64,000 bases of DNA, taken from the NCBI GenBank assembly GCA_963735595.1, contig CAVTLK010000002.1, positions 640,001 through 704,000 of the forward strand, read 5' to 3'. Positions 42,827-53,140 of this stretch are shown in pieces (positions within the stretch are counted from its first letter, which is position 1; each line of letters begins with the position of its first letter). Below the pieces are notes generated by a model that made no database searches, had not been told where the DNA came from, and saw only the letters and a program-made list of their open reading frames with translations. Both the position numbers and the translations under genes were made by a program. This DNA comes from an uncultured delta proteobacterium. GTDB lineage: Bacteria > Desulfobacterota > Zymogenia > Zymogenales > Zymogenaceae.

Positions 42827-43980
42827 ATCTTGTTCCTGATGAACCAGCCGGTTCTGATGGTAACGGCTCCCTCGGGGCAGATCTCCTGACAGCAGAAACA
42901 GCGGATGCAGGCACTATAGTCGATAGCCATGCGCCCCGGCGGCATCGCCGCGCGCCGCCTGGACGGCGGCGGCCCCGTGATGGCCCGGGCGGGGCAGATC
43001 TTCTCACACCGGCCGCACCGGGTGCAGATCTCGGGTATGATGACGGGCCGGGGAGTCAGGATGCGGCGGGCGATGCGTGACAGCGCCGCGGGCATGGCGG
43101 TGATGACGGGGCCGGTGGGCGGAAAGTGAAAACCGGTCACCGAGACGTCCTCGATTTGTTCACCCCGTACGGTTATGCGGGAAAGTTCGGTTATGCCGAG
43201 GCGCGCCTTCTTGGCCTCGACGAGGGTATAGAGGAGCGACGGATCAAGGCCCACGATCCCGCATGAAACGGCATCTATTGCGGAGGCGTCGGCGCCCGCG
43301 ATTATCAACCCCAGGTCCACCGGGTCGCCGCTCCCGGGGCCGTTGCCCTCCATGGCGGTAACGGCGTCCATGATGGAGAGGACGGGGGCCACCCGGTAGT
43401 GTAGGTCGACGAGCATCCGGGCGAAATGGGCGGGCTTATTGCCGACCCTGAGGTGCCACTGCGTCTTACGCACCCCCGGCACCAGCCCGAAGGTGTTTTT
43501 GACGGCCATGGTCATGACCATCTGGCCGTGGGTCTTGAGCTTGGGCAGGTTGATGATGGTGTCCACCTCGAGGGCGTCTTTCGCCACTTCGAAGGTCTTG
43601 AAGGCGGCGTCGGGGCTCCTAACGGTGGCCGGCTTCTCGCAAGCCAGCAGGGGAACGCCATATTTCTTCAGGACGGGACTAAAGCCCCCCTTTTCGGCGC
43701 AAGCCCTGGCCGATCCCAGGGCCGGGCTGTCGCCCACGAGGGGTGTTGCACCGGCCTCCAGCACGAGGCGTATGGCCGCCTCCAGCACGGCCGGATGGGT
43801 CAGCGCCGCGCGGTCGGGGGTCTTTGCCACCAGGAGATTGGGCTTTATCAGGACGCGGTCGTTTCTGGAGACGAACGCCCCGATCCCCCCGACGAGATCA
43901 ACGGCCTGTTTCACCCTTCCGTAGACCGTCTCGTTTTCATATCCGTCGCATCGGACGATCGAAACCGCTGCCGGTCGCAT
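42823..43980 (-). CDS. DUF362 domain protein with 2[4Fe-4S] ferredoxin domain
   Basis: VLIKPNLL, INLPKLKTH, MEGNGP and two CxxCxxCxxxCP motifs. Confidence 0.9.
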   Translation of the reverse strand: MRPAAVSIVRCDGYENETVYGRVKQAVDLVGGIGAFVSRNDRVLIKPNLLVAKTPDRAALTHPAVLEAAIRLVLEAGATPLVGDSPALGSARACAEKGGFSPVLKKYGVPLLACEKPATVRSPDAAFKTFEVAKDALEVDTIINLPKLKTHGQMVMTMAVKNTFGLVPGVRKTQWHLRVGNKPAHFARMLVDLHYRVAPVLSIMDAVTAMEGNGPGSGDPVDLGLIIAGADASAIDAVSCGIVGLDPSLLYTLVEAKKARLGITELSRITVRGEQIEDVSVTGFHFPPTGPVITAMPAALSRIARRILTPRPVIIPEICTRCGRCEKICPARAITGPPPSRRRAAMPPGRMAIDYSACIRCFCCQEICPEGAVTIRTGWFIRNKI

Positions 43981-44037
43981 ATATGATCCTCCTACGGTGA
44001 CACCGCACCGGGCGCGCGGAGGCCGGTGCGGGAAAAA

Positions 44038-44910
44038 CTACATCAGGTAGACAAGCACCACGCCCGCCGTCATCAGGGCCGCCCCAACGAAGCGGGCCCT
44101 GAAATGAGGCTCATCGAATAGGATTCTCCCGAACAATACCCCGAACAGCAGGCTCGTCCGTTTGACGGCTACCATGGAGGCCGCCTCGACCAGGCGTATC
44201 GCAAAGAAGTGCGTGACGACGTTTACCGCGCCGACAAGACCCAGAAGGACAATGATACCCCAACTGCGGCGGATTCTGCCGGCCGACTCCTGCCGTGAAG
44301 GCCCGAGCCAGAAGACTATCGGGGTCATCGCGATCGTGAGAAGCGCCGTGTAGGACACCCCAAAAAAGAGGGGATTGCTCAAAACAACCGCCTTCTTGCC
44401 GAGGGTGCCCGTGACGCCGTAGATCAGGGCAACGATGATCATCAGCAGGGAACCCTTCTCCCTTGAAATCGAGAGTATGGGCTGAAGGACCCCGTCCCTG
44501 ATCGTGTGGATATTGATGAGATAGGCCCCGGCCGCTATCAGGACGACCCCGATGATCTGGGCGGGCCTCAGCGTTTCGTCCAGGAAGAGATAGCCCGTCA
44601 GGATCATGACGATGGGTGTCAGCGAGAGGAACGGGAGCGTTACGTTGAGGGGGGAAATCCTGATCGCCTTCATATAAAGGACCAGGGCAAACACGTCCAG
44701 CGGAACCAGGACGCCCGTGACCAGCCAGAACTCGCCGGAGAGGGGCGGGATCGTGACAAAGGGCAGGCAGAACAGGAGGAACGGAATCGAAGAGGCCCAC
44801 CTCAGCCACGCGATGAGCAGGGTTCCGGTGGAGTCCGCGATCTTCTTGCTGAAGACGTCCTGCAGCGTCATCGCAAGGGCGGAGACCAGGGTAAGGATGA
44901 GCCACAGCAT
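44038..44910 (-). CDS. EamA/DMT family transporter
   Basis: About 10 TM helices in two repeats. Confidence 0.85.
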   Translation of the reverse strand: MLWLILTLVSALAMTLQDVFSKKIADSTGTLLIAWLRWASSIPFLLFCLPFVTIPPLSGEFWLVTGVLVPLDVFALVLYMKAIRISPLNVTLPFLSLTPIVMILTGYLFLDETLRPAQIIGVVLIAAGAYLINIHTIRDGVLQPILSISREKGSLLMIIVALIYGVTGTLGKKAVVLSNPLFFGVSYTALLTIAMTPIVFWLGPSRQESAGRIRRSWGIIVLLGLVGAVNVVTHFFAIRLVEAASMVAVKRTSLLFGVLFGRILFDEPHFRARFVGAALMTAGVVLVYLM

Positions 44911-44925
44911 CGATCGGTCGTGACC

Positions 44926-45237
44926 TCACGCGCGCTGTTTGTATTGGGACAGGCATTCCTGACTGCAGAAATAGAGGGTCCGGCCGCCCATGGTTTCCCT
45001 GATGGCGTCGCCCTTGGGAAGGTAGAGGCCGCAGACCGGGTCCTTTACCATCACGTCGATCACGGGCTCACCGTCAGCGCCCATGACGACCTCCTTTTTT
45101 CCGGCCTTTCTTTTAAAAGGGGAGAAGAGGAGGCTCAGGGCCCTCAGGAGAAACGAGGCCCCGAGAAGGGCAATAATAAAGACAATGGCCACAAACAGGA
45201 TGACGACAATAAAAAAAAACGCGAGAAGCGCCTGCAT
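44926..45237 (-). CDS. YHS/TRASH domain membrane protein
   Basis: N-terminal TM segment and DPVCG...YFCSQEC. Confidence 0.85.
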   Translation of the reverse strand: MQALLAFFFIVVILFVAIVFIIALLGASFLLRALSLLFSPFKRKAGKKEVVMGADGEPVIDVMVKDPVCGLYLPKGDAIRETMGGRTLYFCSQECLSQYKQRA

Positions 45238-45710
45238 ACTTTTTCACCCGTGCTGCCTGTCGGCAGCCCGGGGCCTATCTCATAGCGGAAAGCCTGGAAA
45301 CCGCTTTACGTCGCGGCCGCGACCCGATCCCCGTGAGCGGGTCTGAAGATTGTCCACATACATATCACGAAAACCGTGGTATGTAAAGAAGTTGTATTGC
45401 CCCGTGCCTACATTCGGCAATCAGGTGGGCGGGCCACGTGCAGAGGCGGGAACGCGATATTTTTCTGAAGGGCAGGAATAGTCCGCCGCAGACAGTCGCA
45501 TAGGACGGCCGAAAAATAGTACTTGCAATTTGGCAAGAAATAATATAACATTTATCAAGATAGGGGGCGGGAACGCGGACCGTCGTAATAAAAAGGACGA
45601 ATATGCGACGCGTATCCGGTTATCGTGGGTTATTGTGATATTTAAGTTGTGCGGGTTGCCCCGTATGGGGCGTGAGTTATAATAAACAGTATCCTTTAAG
45701 GAGGTGTCTT

Positions 45711-45893
45711 ATGAAGCTCTCCGCACCGAAAAAGATTACGTGGTGGATCGGCCTGATCCTTTTGATCGTCGGCGCGATCCTGGTGATCCTTCCCCTGCTG
45801 GGCGTGGCACTCCCGTTCGTCGGGGCAGGAGTATGGCTGCTCCTGATCTCCGCGCTCCTGTATGCCATCGCGACATCGATGAAGGGAATATGA
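45711..45893 (+). CDS. Small two-TM hypothetical protein
   Basis: Strong RBS AAGGAGGTG, MKLSAPKKITWWIG..., followed by a terminator hairpin near 45950. Confidence 0.75.
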   Translation: MKLSAPKKITWWIGLILLIVGAILVILPLLGVALPFVGAGVWLLLISALLYAIATSMKGI

Positions 45894-46035
45894 CACTGAT
45901 CTGAGGATTGTATTCGTCTTCTTAGCATTTCAGAATACGATTGTTTGACAGGGGGGCGATCAGCCCCCCGATCTTTTTACAGGAATTGACAGGGGCCGCA
46001 TAAATACTCCGCCGATTATACAAGGAACCGATACC

Positions 46036-46482
46036 GTGACGTACGACCAGATCAAGAAGAACCTCGCCCCCTGCGGGCTCAACTGCGTCAAATGCATGGC
46101 GTACGCCGAAGGCGACATCAGGCGCCACTCCACTGAACTCAGGGGTCTTCTCGGCGACTTCGATAGTTACGCCGAACGCTTCTCGAGATTCGCCCCCGCC
46201 TTTTCCAACTACCCCGCCTTCAAGGAACTGCTGGCCCATTTTAGTGCCGGCTCCTGCCGGGGCTGCCGGTCGGGCGACTGCGCGTATCCCAACTGCGGTG
46301 TCAGCCCCTGTTCCCGCGAAAAGGGCGTCGATTTTTGTTTCCAGTGCGGCGAGTTTCCGTGCGATAGGAGCAACTTCGACCCGAACCTGAAGGTCCGCTG
46401 GATCGAGATGAACACGCGCATGAAGGAGATCGGCGTCGAGGCCTACTGGGAAGAGACGAAAGACCAGCCGCGATACCGGTAG
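46036..46482 (+). CDS. DUF3795 family Cys-rich protein
   Basis: APCGLNC..C, CRGCR and FCFQCGEFPC. Confidence 0.82.
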   Translation: MTYDQIKKNLAPCGLNCVKCMAYAEGDIRRHSTELRGLLGDFDSYAERFSRFAPAFSNYPAFKELLAHFSAGSCRGCRSGDCAYPNCGVSPCSREKGVDFCFQCGEFPCDRSNFDPNLKVRWIEMNTRMKEIGVEAYWEETKDQPRYR

Positions 46483-46681
46483 TAATCCGCGGGCCGGTGC
46501 GGACCGTAATTCTACTCGCGCGCCCCCTTCCACCCGAAATCCCGTTACGACGGACGCTGTTGCCTTTATCGAGTGAAAACGCCGTATACTCCCCCCCATA
46601 AATACTCGCCTGTGTTCAAATAAGACCGAAATAAGGCCGGGAAATTAAGAATTTCCTTGACTTCGGCACGGAATATAGGTA

Positions 46682-46712
46682 AATAAATAATTAGTCCATT
46701 AACTTATTTATT
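46682..46712. promoter_or_regulatory. Palindromic operator upstream of the TetR gene
   Basis: AATAAATAA-N13-TTATTTATT immediately before ATG 46721. Confidence 0.55.
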
Positions 46713-46720
46713 ATCCTGCC

Positions 46721-47339
46721 ATGTCACGTACTACCGAAATAACCACAGAAGCCATCCTGGACGCCGCCATTACCCAGTTTTCCCGTTACGGCTTCAAGAA
46801 GACGAGGCTTTCGGACATCGCGGCGGCCCTCGATATCTCGGCGGCGGCGCTCTTCCGCTATTTTACCGATAAGCGCGCCCTGTACGATGCGGCGGCAAAC
46901 CGGGGTTTGAGTCGCTGGCAGGAGGCGGCCTTTTCCGTCGCTACCCGCCACGGCGACCCTATTGCGGCCCTCACGGCGCTTGCCCGGGCCAGCTTCGATT
47001 ACCTCTCGGACGACCCGGAGTTTGCGGCCATGCTTAAGAACGATCCGGGGATATTCCCGCTTTTTTCGGGTGACCATTTCGAGGCGATCAACGACGCGTC
47101 CAAAGCGATGATCCGCCGCCTCATCGAGGAAGGGCAGCAAACGGGGGTTTTTCGCCCCGTCGATATTGACCGGGTGAGCCACCTCTTTTTTTCGGTCTAC
47201 AAGATGTTCATCGTCGGAAGCTACATCGAGACAGGACACCCAGACTTCGCGGGAGGCGTTCGACCAGTTCATCGATATCGCCGTGCGGGGGCTGTTAACC
47301 GAGAAGGGGGCCGAGGCATACAGCCGATTGGACAGATAA
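46721..47339 (+). CDS. TetR/AcrR family regulator, frameshifted near 47250
   Basis: ILDAAITQFSRYGFKKTRLSDIAAALDISAAALFRYFTDKRALY. Confidence 0.88.
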
Positions 47340-47457
47340 TCCCCGGCCCTTATCGGGCCGTATCCGTGGTGCTGACTGCCGCGGGCAATGGACAATCCGC
47401 CCGTGCAACCTATAGGCAAGAGGATTTATTATAAGTCAAACGGAAGGAGGAATCGCC

Positions 47458-48667
47458 ATGATGGTCTACATCAATTTCCCGCAACGGATCAAGAAGATCC
47501 AGGAAGAGCTGGCGGCAAAGGGCGTGGACGTCCTGGTCGGCACGCGGCTCAAAACCATCACCCACTGGTCGGGCGGGTTCGTCCCGTGGCGCAGCGCGCT
47601 GATCATCCCGGCCAAGGGAGAGCCGACCCTGATCACCCCGCTTCTGGACTCCGGCCGCCTTGCCAGCGAGAGCTGGATAACCGACGTGTCGGGTTACGGG
47701 GCGCTGCCGGGTATCGACTTTTTCGACGTGATCAAGATGAAGATCGCCGACATCGCCACCGACGGCGGCACCATCGGTATCGAGGACGGCACCACCAATT
47801 ACCTGCCCGAGGGATTCATCACCAACCACGAGTACCAGACCCTGAAGGCCATGTTCCCCAAGGCGGAGCTGGTCAACTGCGCGGACATTACCGACCGGCT
47901 CTGCATCATCAAGGAGCCGGCCGAGATCAAGCTGATGCGGCAGGCCACCGCCATCGTTGACAAGGCCCACGAGGCGGTCAGGCAGAATCTGCGCCATCGG
48001 GATGAGCGAAAAGCAGATCGCCGGCATTGCCGAGAAGGTGATGCGGGACGCCGGCAGCGAGTTTGCCTGGACGTTCACCGGCGGCCAGGAGATCGCCACG
48101 GGCGAGCGGACCTGGTGGCCGCTGGGCGGCTGCACGCCGGCAACCGACCGCCTTGTTCAGCTCGGGGAGCCGGTGCTGGTGGACCTGCACGGGATGTACG
48201 GCCTCTTTTTGGGGGACGTCTCCCACAACTATATCATGGGCAGGCCCACCAAGGAGCAGCGGGAGACGATGACCGCCTACACCGAGACGGCCTATAAAGT
48301 CATCGATGAGATGAAGCCGGGTAAATCCCTCAAGGAGGTCACGCTGACCGTCCACGAGTTCGTGGCCAAGAACAACTGGAGCGCCTGGGTGCTGCCGGGC
48401 TACGGCCACGGGATCGGGCACCTGGGCAACGAATGGTACCCCTGCGTAGCGGACACTCCGTCTCCCGGCAACAACGAACCGGACTTCATCCTGGAGCCGG
48501 GGTACATGCAGATGATTGCGGTCGTCTGCAACCGGCCGGGCGCGGCGGGGTTCCGGCTGGAACGGCCGCTGGTGATCACCGAGACCGGAAACGAGGTGCT
48601 CAGTAAACTCCCCATCGAGCCGGGGGTCATCGAGTGCGACACGGGGATGGTGTTTCGGGACAGATAG
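47458..48667 (+). CDS. M24 (Xaa-Pro peptidase/creatinase) family protein, frameshifted near 47990
   Basis: Creatinase-N domain, IKEPAEIKLMRQA, GHGIG and GFRLE..VITETGNEVLS. Confidence 0.88.
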
Positions 48668-48752
48668 CAGGACACGAATCACGATTCATAGGGCGCCCAC
48701 CGGGCGCCCTTTTCATTTGCAGGACCTACTTCTCGGCAGTAGCTTTCGTCTC

Positions 48753-48905
48753 GTCATTGCGAGGAGCGAAGCGACGCGGCAATCTCGGACGCGATAAGTA
48801 CCGATAAACATGTTAGTATTTAGATCAGTGTCCGAGATCGCCACGGGCCTTTCGGGCCCTCGCGATGACACTCCTTCAGAATCTATACTTTGTCAATACA
48901 CTGGG
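48753..48905. mobile_element. MITE-like hairpin-doublet element (copy E, inverted relative to A, only one terminal repeat visible)
   Basis: Reverse complement aligns by eye with 8615-8768, including TCTATACT..TCAATACACTGG. Confidence 0.65.
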
Positions 48906-48939
48906 GCACGACCTGTCGTGACTCGTCCTTCTAAATACA

Positions 48940-48968
48940 TTGACTCTTTTTTTAACTTCACATATAAT
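48940..48968 (+). promoter_or_regulatory. Sigma70 promoter of selC
   Basis: TTGACT-N17-TATAAT. Confidence 0.75.
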
Positions 48969-48974
48969 GTTTTC

Positions 48975-49072
48975 GGAAGTGGATAGGTCACTGGTGGGCC
49001 TCCCGGACTTCAAATCCGGTGATGGGCGCTAATAACGTCCATGGTGGGTTCGATTCCCATGCACTTCCGCCA
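48975..49072 (+). tRNA. selC: tRNA-Sec (anticodon TCA)
   Basis: GGAAGTG/CACTTCC acceptor stem, CCGGA-CTTCAAA-TCCGG anticodon arm, long variable arm, GGTTCGATTCC and encoded GCCA end. Confidence 0.95.
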
Positions 49073-49140
49073 GCTCATTATACTATCGGCGGGTATTCGA
49101 ATACGGGGCAGGCCCGTGTTGCTCCGCCCAAAGGAAGGAA

Positions 49141-49326
49141 ATGTTCGGATTGGGTGCTACAGAAATTATTCTCATCCTCGTCATCGTCCTGCTGATCTTC
49201 GGGGCAAACAGGCTCCCGCAGCTCGGCGCAGGCGTCGGTAAGGGGATCAGGAATTTCAAGAAATCGCTCAAGGGCGAAGACGAGATCGACATCTCCCCCA
49301 CGAATAAAGAAAAGATCGGTAAGTAA
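49141..49326 (+). CDS. tatA: Twin-arginine translocase TatA/E
   Basis: EIILILVIVLLIFGANRLPQLG..VGKGIRNFKK. Confidence 0.95.
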   Translation: MFGLGATEIILILVIVLLIFGANRLPQLGAGVGKGIRNFKKSLKGEDEIDISPTNKEKIGK

Positions 49327-49329
49327 CGA

Positions 49330-50169
49330 TCAGACTGCCTGCCGCCGGGAAAGCAGCCGGCGCGCGGTGGTCATGATAACGTCGTGGAGCGTCGAGTCGG
49401 CGGCGATCTCGGAAAGATCCTGTTGTTTCAGGAACAGCATGAGGCCCAGGGCGATCGGGACCGGCGCGTAGGGATTGCGGACGATGGCGGTCTTGACGTC
49501 GTACGAGGATACCCAGCGGTCGTTCCGGTAGATGGTGATGAGCACCTGTTCATGGTTGGGCCGTCGGGACGCCATCTTGAGGACATCCGGCCCGGTCAGC
49601 GACGGGTTTTCGAGGATATTCCTGACCACCAGGGGGTTCGTGTCATATAAAAGCCGATCCAGTCGGTCCTTCGTATGGGTGCGGGCAAGGCTCCGCTTCT
49701 CGCCGAGCGTCAGATAGTCCAAATCTCTTCCCTCAACAAAATCATATTCACCGTATGGTATCTTCTTGGGTGACGGCGCCATGAAGATATGCGCGGTTGT
49801 CGCGTATCCCTTGCTGATCGACCGGTGGTAGAGGGCCAACAGCCGCATCTGCGGCATTCCCGAAAGACTGAATATATCCACGCACGACAGGATGAATTGC
49901 GCCCGGTCGATATCGCCCGGCTTGGCCCGCGTAAAGACATCGTTGACGATATCGGTCAGGAGATCATCGGGCAGAGGGAGCAGCTTTTCGGAAAGCCTCA
50001 TGGTCCGCATCGTTCGCTCGGGTATCACGGCGTGGCTTGCGACAAGCCGGTCGGCATACCGGCCGGTCTTTGAGGGGATAAGGGCCTTGAGGAGGGAGAC
50101 GAGGCGATCGACGGGACGGCCCGCCGCGCCGGCGGAGCGGCCGTCCGGCGGATGAAGAAGGTCGGCCAT
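49330..50169 (-). CDS. Hypothetical helical protein
   Basis: Long ORF with LTLGEKRSLAR...LLYD.NP.VVRNILENP...AIVRNPY. Confidence 0.7.
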   Translation of the reverse strand: MADLLHPPDGRSAGAAGRPVDRLVSLLKALIPSKTGRYADRLVASHAVIPERTMRTMRLSEKLLPLPDDLLTDIVNDVFTRAKPGDIDRAQFILSCVDIFSLSGMPQMRLLALYHRSISKGYATTAHIFMAPSPKKIPYGEYDFVEGRDLDYLTLGEKRSLARTHTKDRLDRLLYDTNPLVVRNILENPSLTGPDVLKMASRRPNHEQVLITIYRNDRWVSSYDVKTAIVRNPYAPVPIALGLMLFLKQQDLSEIAADSTLHDVIMTTARRLLSRRQAV

Positions 50170-50333
50170 ATATTCTATCCTTGGGACTGGGCTGGGCACA
50201 CAGCCTATTAGTATCATAGCAGAAAACGGCCGCAGTGGCAATCCCGGTCAGGCCGCCGTATCGGCAAAAAGGTATTCCTTGACAACGAACTTATCGACAT
50301 CGTAGTATACGATTAAAGCAATGGGAAAAGACT

Positions 50334-52041
50334 ATGTGGCTATTTCCCGTCATCGTAACGGCAATGATACTGCCGGCGCTCGTCGCTCTCGTATTCTATC
50401 TGCTGACGCTTGCGCGCCAGATCGACGATCCCGAGATCAAGGCGCGACGCCGCTGGCGGATGATAAGCCGGGGAAACGCCGATCTGGATACTGGCGATTG
50501 TCGCCGGGCTCATCGCCGATCGCCGAGGCGCCGATACCGGGATTTGGCCCCGCGGCACGGGCCGCCGCCTCGATCTGTCTTTGTCGTCATTGCCTACTGC
50601 CCTCTCGTCACGGTTCTGGGAATTGTCGACAGGAAGATCAGGGGGATCGAGTACTCCCTGAGGGGATACCTCAAGTTTCAATTCGCGTTCTTCTTCTGCC
50701 GCTGGTCTGCCTTCCTGGTCGTCGTAGTGCTTACGTACGTTCCGCTTGGCTTTGTGGATCGGCAGGGAGAGGTTTCGTATCCGGGGATCGTCCTGACGGT
50801 TGCCGGCGCCGCCCTTTTTATCGCGGTCGTCCTATTCCAAATGCGGCTGATCGGCCGCGCCACCGGTATGCTGACAGCCGTCAACCCCGACCAGGAGCCG
50901 GCGCGAACCTTTGGCGGGCTGGCGGCCCGCGCGGGCGTGAACGGCGTGCGGGTATCGGTAATGGAGACGTCCGGATACCCCTTCTATAATGCCTTTGCCG
51001 CCCCCGGAAAGACTATCTATGTCACGCGGCCCCTCCTTTCCGCCCTGAACCGTGAAGAGCTTTCGGCGGTCGCCGCCCACGAGATCGGCCACCTGGTGAC
51101 GATGAAACAGAGGACCGCCCTTATGCTCACCCTTATGACGGCGGGTGTCGTTGCGCTGTGGTTTGTGATCTCCCGATTGGCCTGGATACTGTCTGATCTC
51201 AGCGCCTTTGTCGTCGAGATTGCGGCCGGAGTGATCTTCCTTGCCGTCGCGATCCTGCTGCTGGCCGCCGTGAGCCGAAAGTACGAAACCCGGGCGGACG
51301 CCACTGCGACGGAGCTCATGGGCGAGACCGAAGCGGTTATCGGTGCCCTTGAAAAGATATATGCCCTCAATATGATACCCCGGCGGTTTGACAAGAAGGG
51401 TTCGGAGAACGCCTCGCATCCGAGCCTCGAGCGGCGGATCGCACAATTGAAAGGGGAAAAGCTCCCCAAACCGAAAAAGAAGATCGGGGTGCTGCTGATC
51501 ATAATCATCTCAGTCCTGATTCTGGTGTGCCTGAGGCTGTTGTCGTATTATGGCGAGCGCTCGTTAGCGCCGGCCTATCCCGGCACTCCATACGGTTACA
51601 CGGTTGCCTCCCTCGAAGAGCGGCTCGCCGAAGACCCCAATGACTTCGAGGCGCTCAAGCGCCTGGCGATCGAATACTACTCCATTGAGGAAGACAAACG
51701 CGCCCTCGAGACCATCGACCGGGCCCTGGCCGTAAAAAGGGACCCGGGCCTTCTGACTGCTCAAGGGATTCATCCTGGAATGGGCGGGAGACGTGGGCGG
51801 CGCCCTTGCGGCTGTCGAAGACGCGTTGGGGGCCGGTGCCGGGCCCCAGGCGTTCCGCTGGGCGGCGGCCCTGGCCGTTGAACTCGGTGATATGAAGAAG
51901 GCGCAAGACTATCTCTCGGCCCTCCGGGCGATCTATCCGGAAGACCCGTATGCCGAAAAGATGCAGCGGTATCTTTCCGGGGACGGGGGAGAATACCCGT
52001 TTCCCGATTACACTATTGTTTTCCAGGGTACCGGCCGTTAG
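50334..52041 (+). CDS. M48 family membrane zinc metalloprotease with C-terminal TPR, frameshifted
   Basis: YNAFA, AHEIGH, SRKYETRAD, SHPSLERRI and TPR helices. Confidence 0.85.
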
Positions 52042-52083
52042 CCGGGGAGGAGCGTTTACGATACACATCCGAGGGAGGAAACT

Positions 52084-52269
52084 ATGACCGAAAGTAAGGA
52101 CGGCCTCTACCTGATGATCGCAAAGGACATCATGGTGGCGTTTGCCGACAGGATGGAGTTCACCACGAAGAGCCCGGAGGGATACGCAGAAACGCTGGGG
52201 GCGATATTCAATATCCTGGCCCGAGAGATCAAAAAAGCCGATATAGACCTGAAACAGGTCAAAGAGTAG
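52084..52269 (+). CDS. Small hypothetical protein
   Basis: RBS GGAGG and a 61-aa ORF. Confidence 0.6.
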   Translation: MTESKDGLYLMIAKDIMVAFADRMEFTTKSPEGYAETLGAIFNILAREIKKADIDLKQVKE

Positions 52270-52279
52270 CGGGGGAGCA

Positions 52280-52564
52280 TCACTCGGCCAGGCGCTTGAC
52301 AGACGCCCGGTCGACCCCCGATACCGAGATCCTCTTTTTCTTTGATTTTTCCCCGGCAACAATCGATACGCGGGAGGGGGCGACGTCAAGCGACCGGGCG
52401 ATGAGCTTGGTGACGGCCGCGTTGGCCTTCCCCTCGACGGGGGGGGCGTTCACCTCTACCCTGAGGATGCCGTTTTCCTCCCCGACGATCCGGGTCTTAC
52501 CCGATGAGGTCTTAACCGAAATGCCGAAAGATACGGCGCCGCCTTTTTCGGAGATCTCGATCAT
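52280..52564 (-). CDS. DUF167/YggU family protein
   Basis: APPVEGKAN and GEKSKKK. Confidence 0.9.
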   Translation of the reverse strand: MIEISEKGGAVSFGISVKTSSGKTRIVGEENGILRVEVNAPPVEGKANAAVTKLIARSLDVAPSRVSIVAGEKSKKKRISVSGVDRASVKRLAE

Positions 52565-52566
52565 GC

Positions 52567-52884
52567 TCAGAGCCCGAAGAAGCTGGTAACGCCCATATCG
52601 ACGGAGACGCGCATGAGGGTCGGGACGAGGAAATAGCGCAGGAAGATGAGAATAAGGATCACGATTACCGGCGAGATGTCAAGCCCGCCCATATAGGGGA
52701 GCCGGCGGCGGATGGGACCCAGGACCGGTTCGGTTGCCGCGGTCAGGAACCTGACGATGGGGTTATAGGGATCGGGACTTACCCAGGACAGGAGCGCCCG
52801 GATAACGATAATCCAGATGTAGGCGGTAATGGCGATATTCAGGACCATGGCCAGGGCGTAGATGAGATTTCCCAGAACGTACAT
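52567..52884 (-). CDS. yggT: YggT family membrane protein
   Basis: LLSWVSPDPYNPIVRFL...TEPVL.PIRR..P..GLDISP. Confidence 0.92.
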   Translation of the reverse strand: MYVLGNLIYALAMVLNIAITAYIWIIVIRALLSWVSPDPYNPIVRFLTAATEPVLGPIRRRLPYMGGLDISPVIVILILIFLRYFLVPTLMRVSVDMGVTSFFGL

Positions 52885-53140
52885 ATCTCGGCGTACCTCC
52901 CCTTTTTGACGGTATCGTACCTATTTTAGCATCAATAATCAAGTCAAAAACTGTGTGACGAAGCGGCGGCACCGTGCGAGGCGCGCCGCCGGGAGCGGAC
53001 TTTTTTTCGCGGCCGCCCGAGTCCATTTATGATACAATAAAACGAGTACCCGGATTATGAGAGGGGCGCCCCCCGGCGGCCGTTCTATTACGAGCGGGAT
53101 TTCCGGCCTCTTGGGCGGTCCCCCTCTTCGGAGCGTTTAG

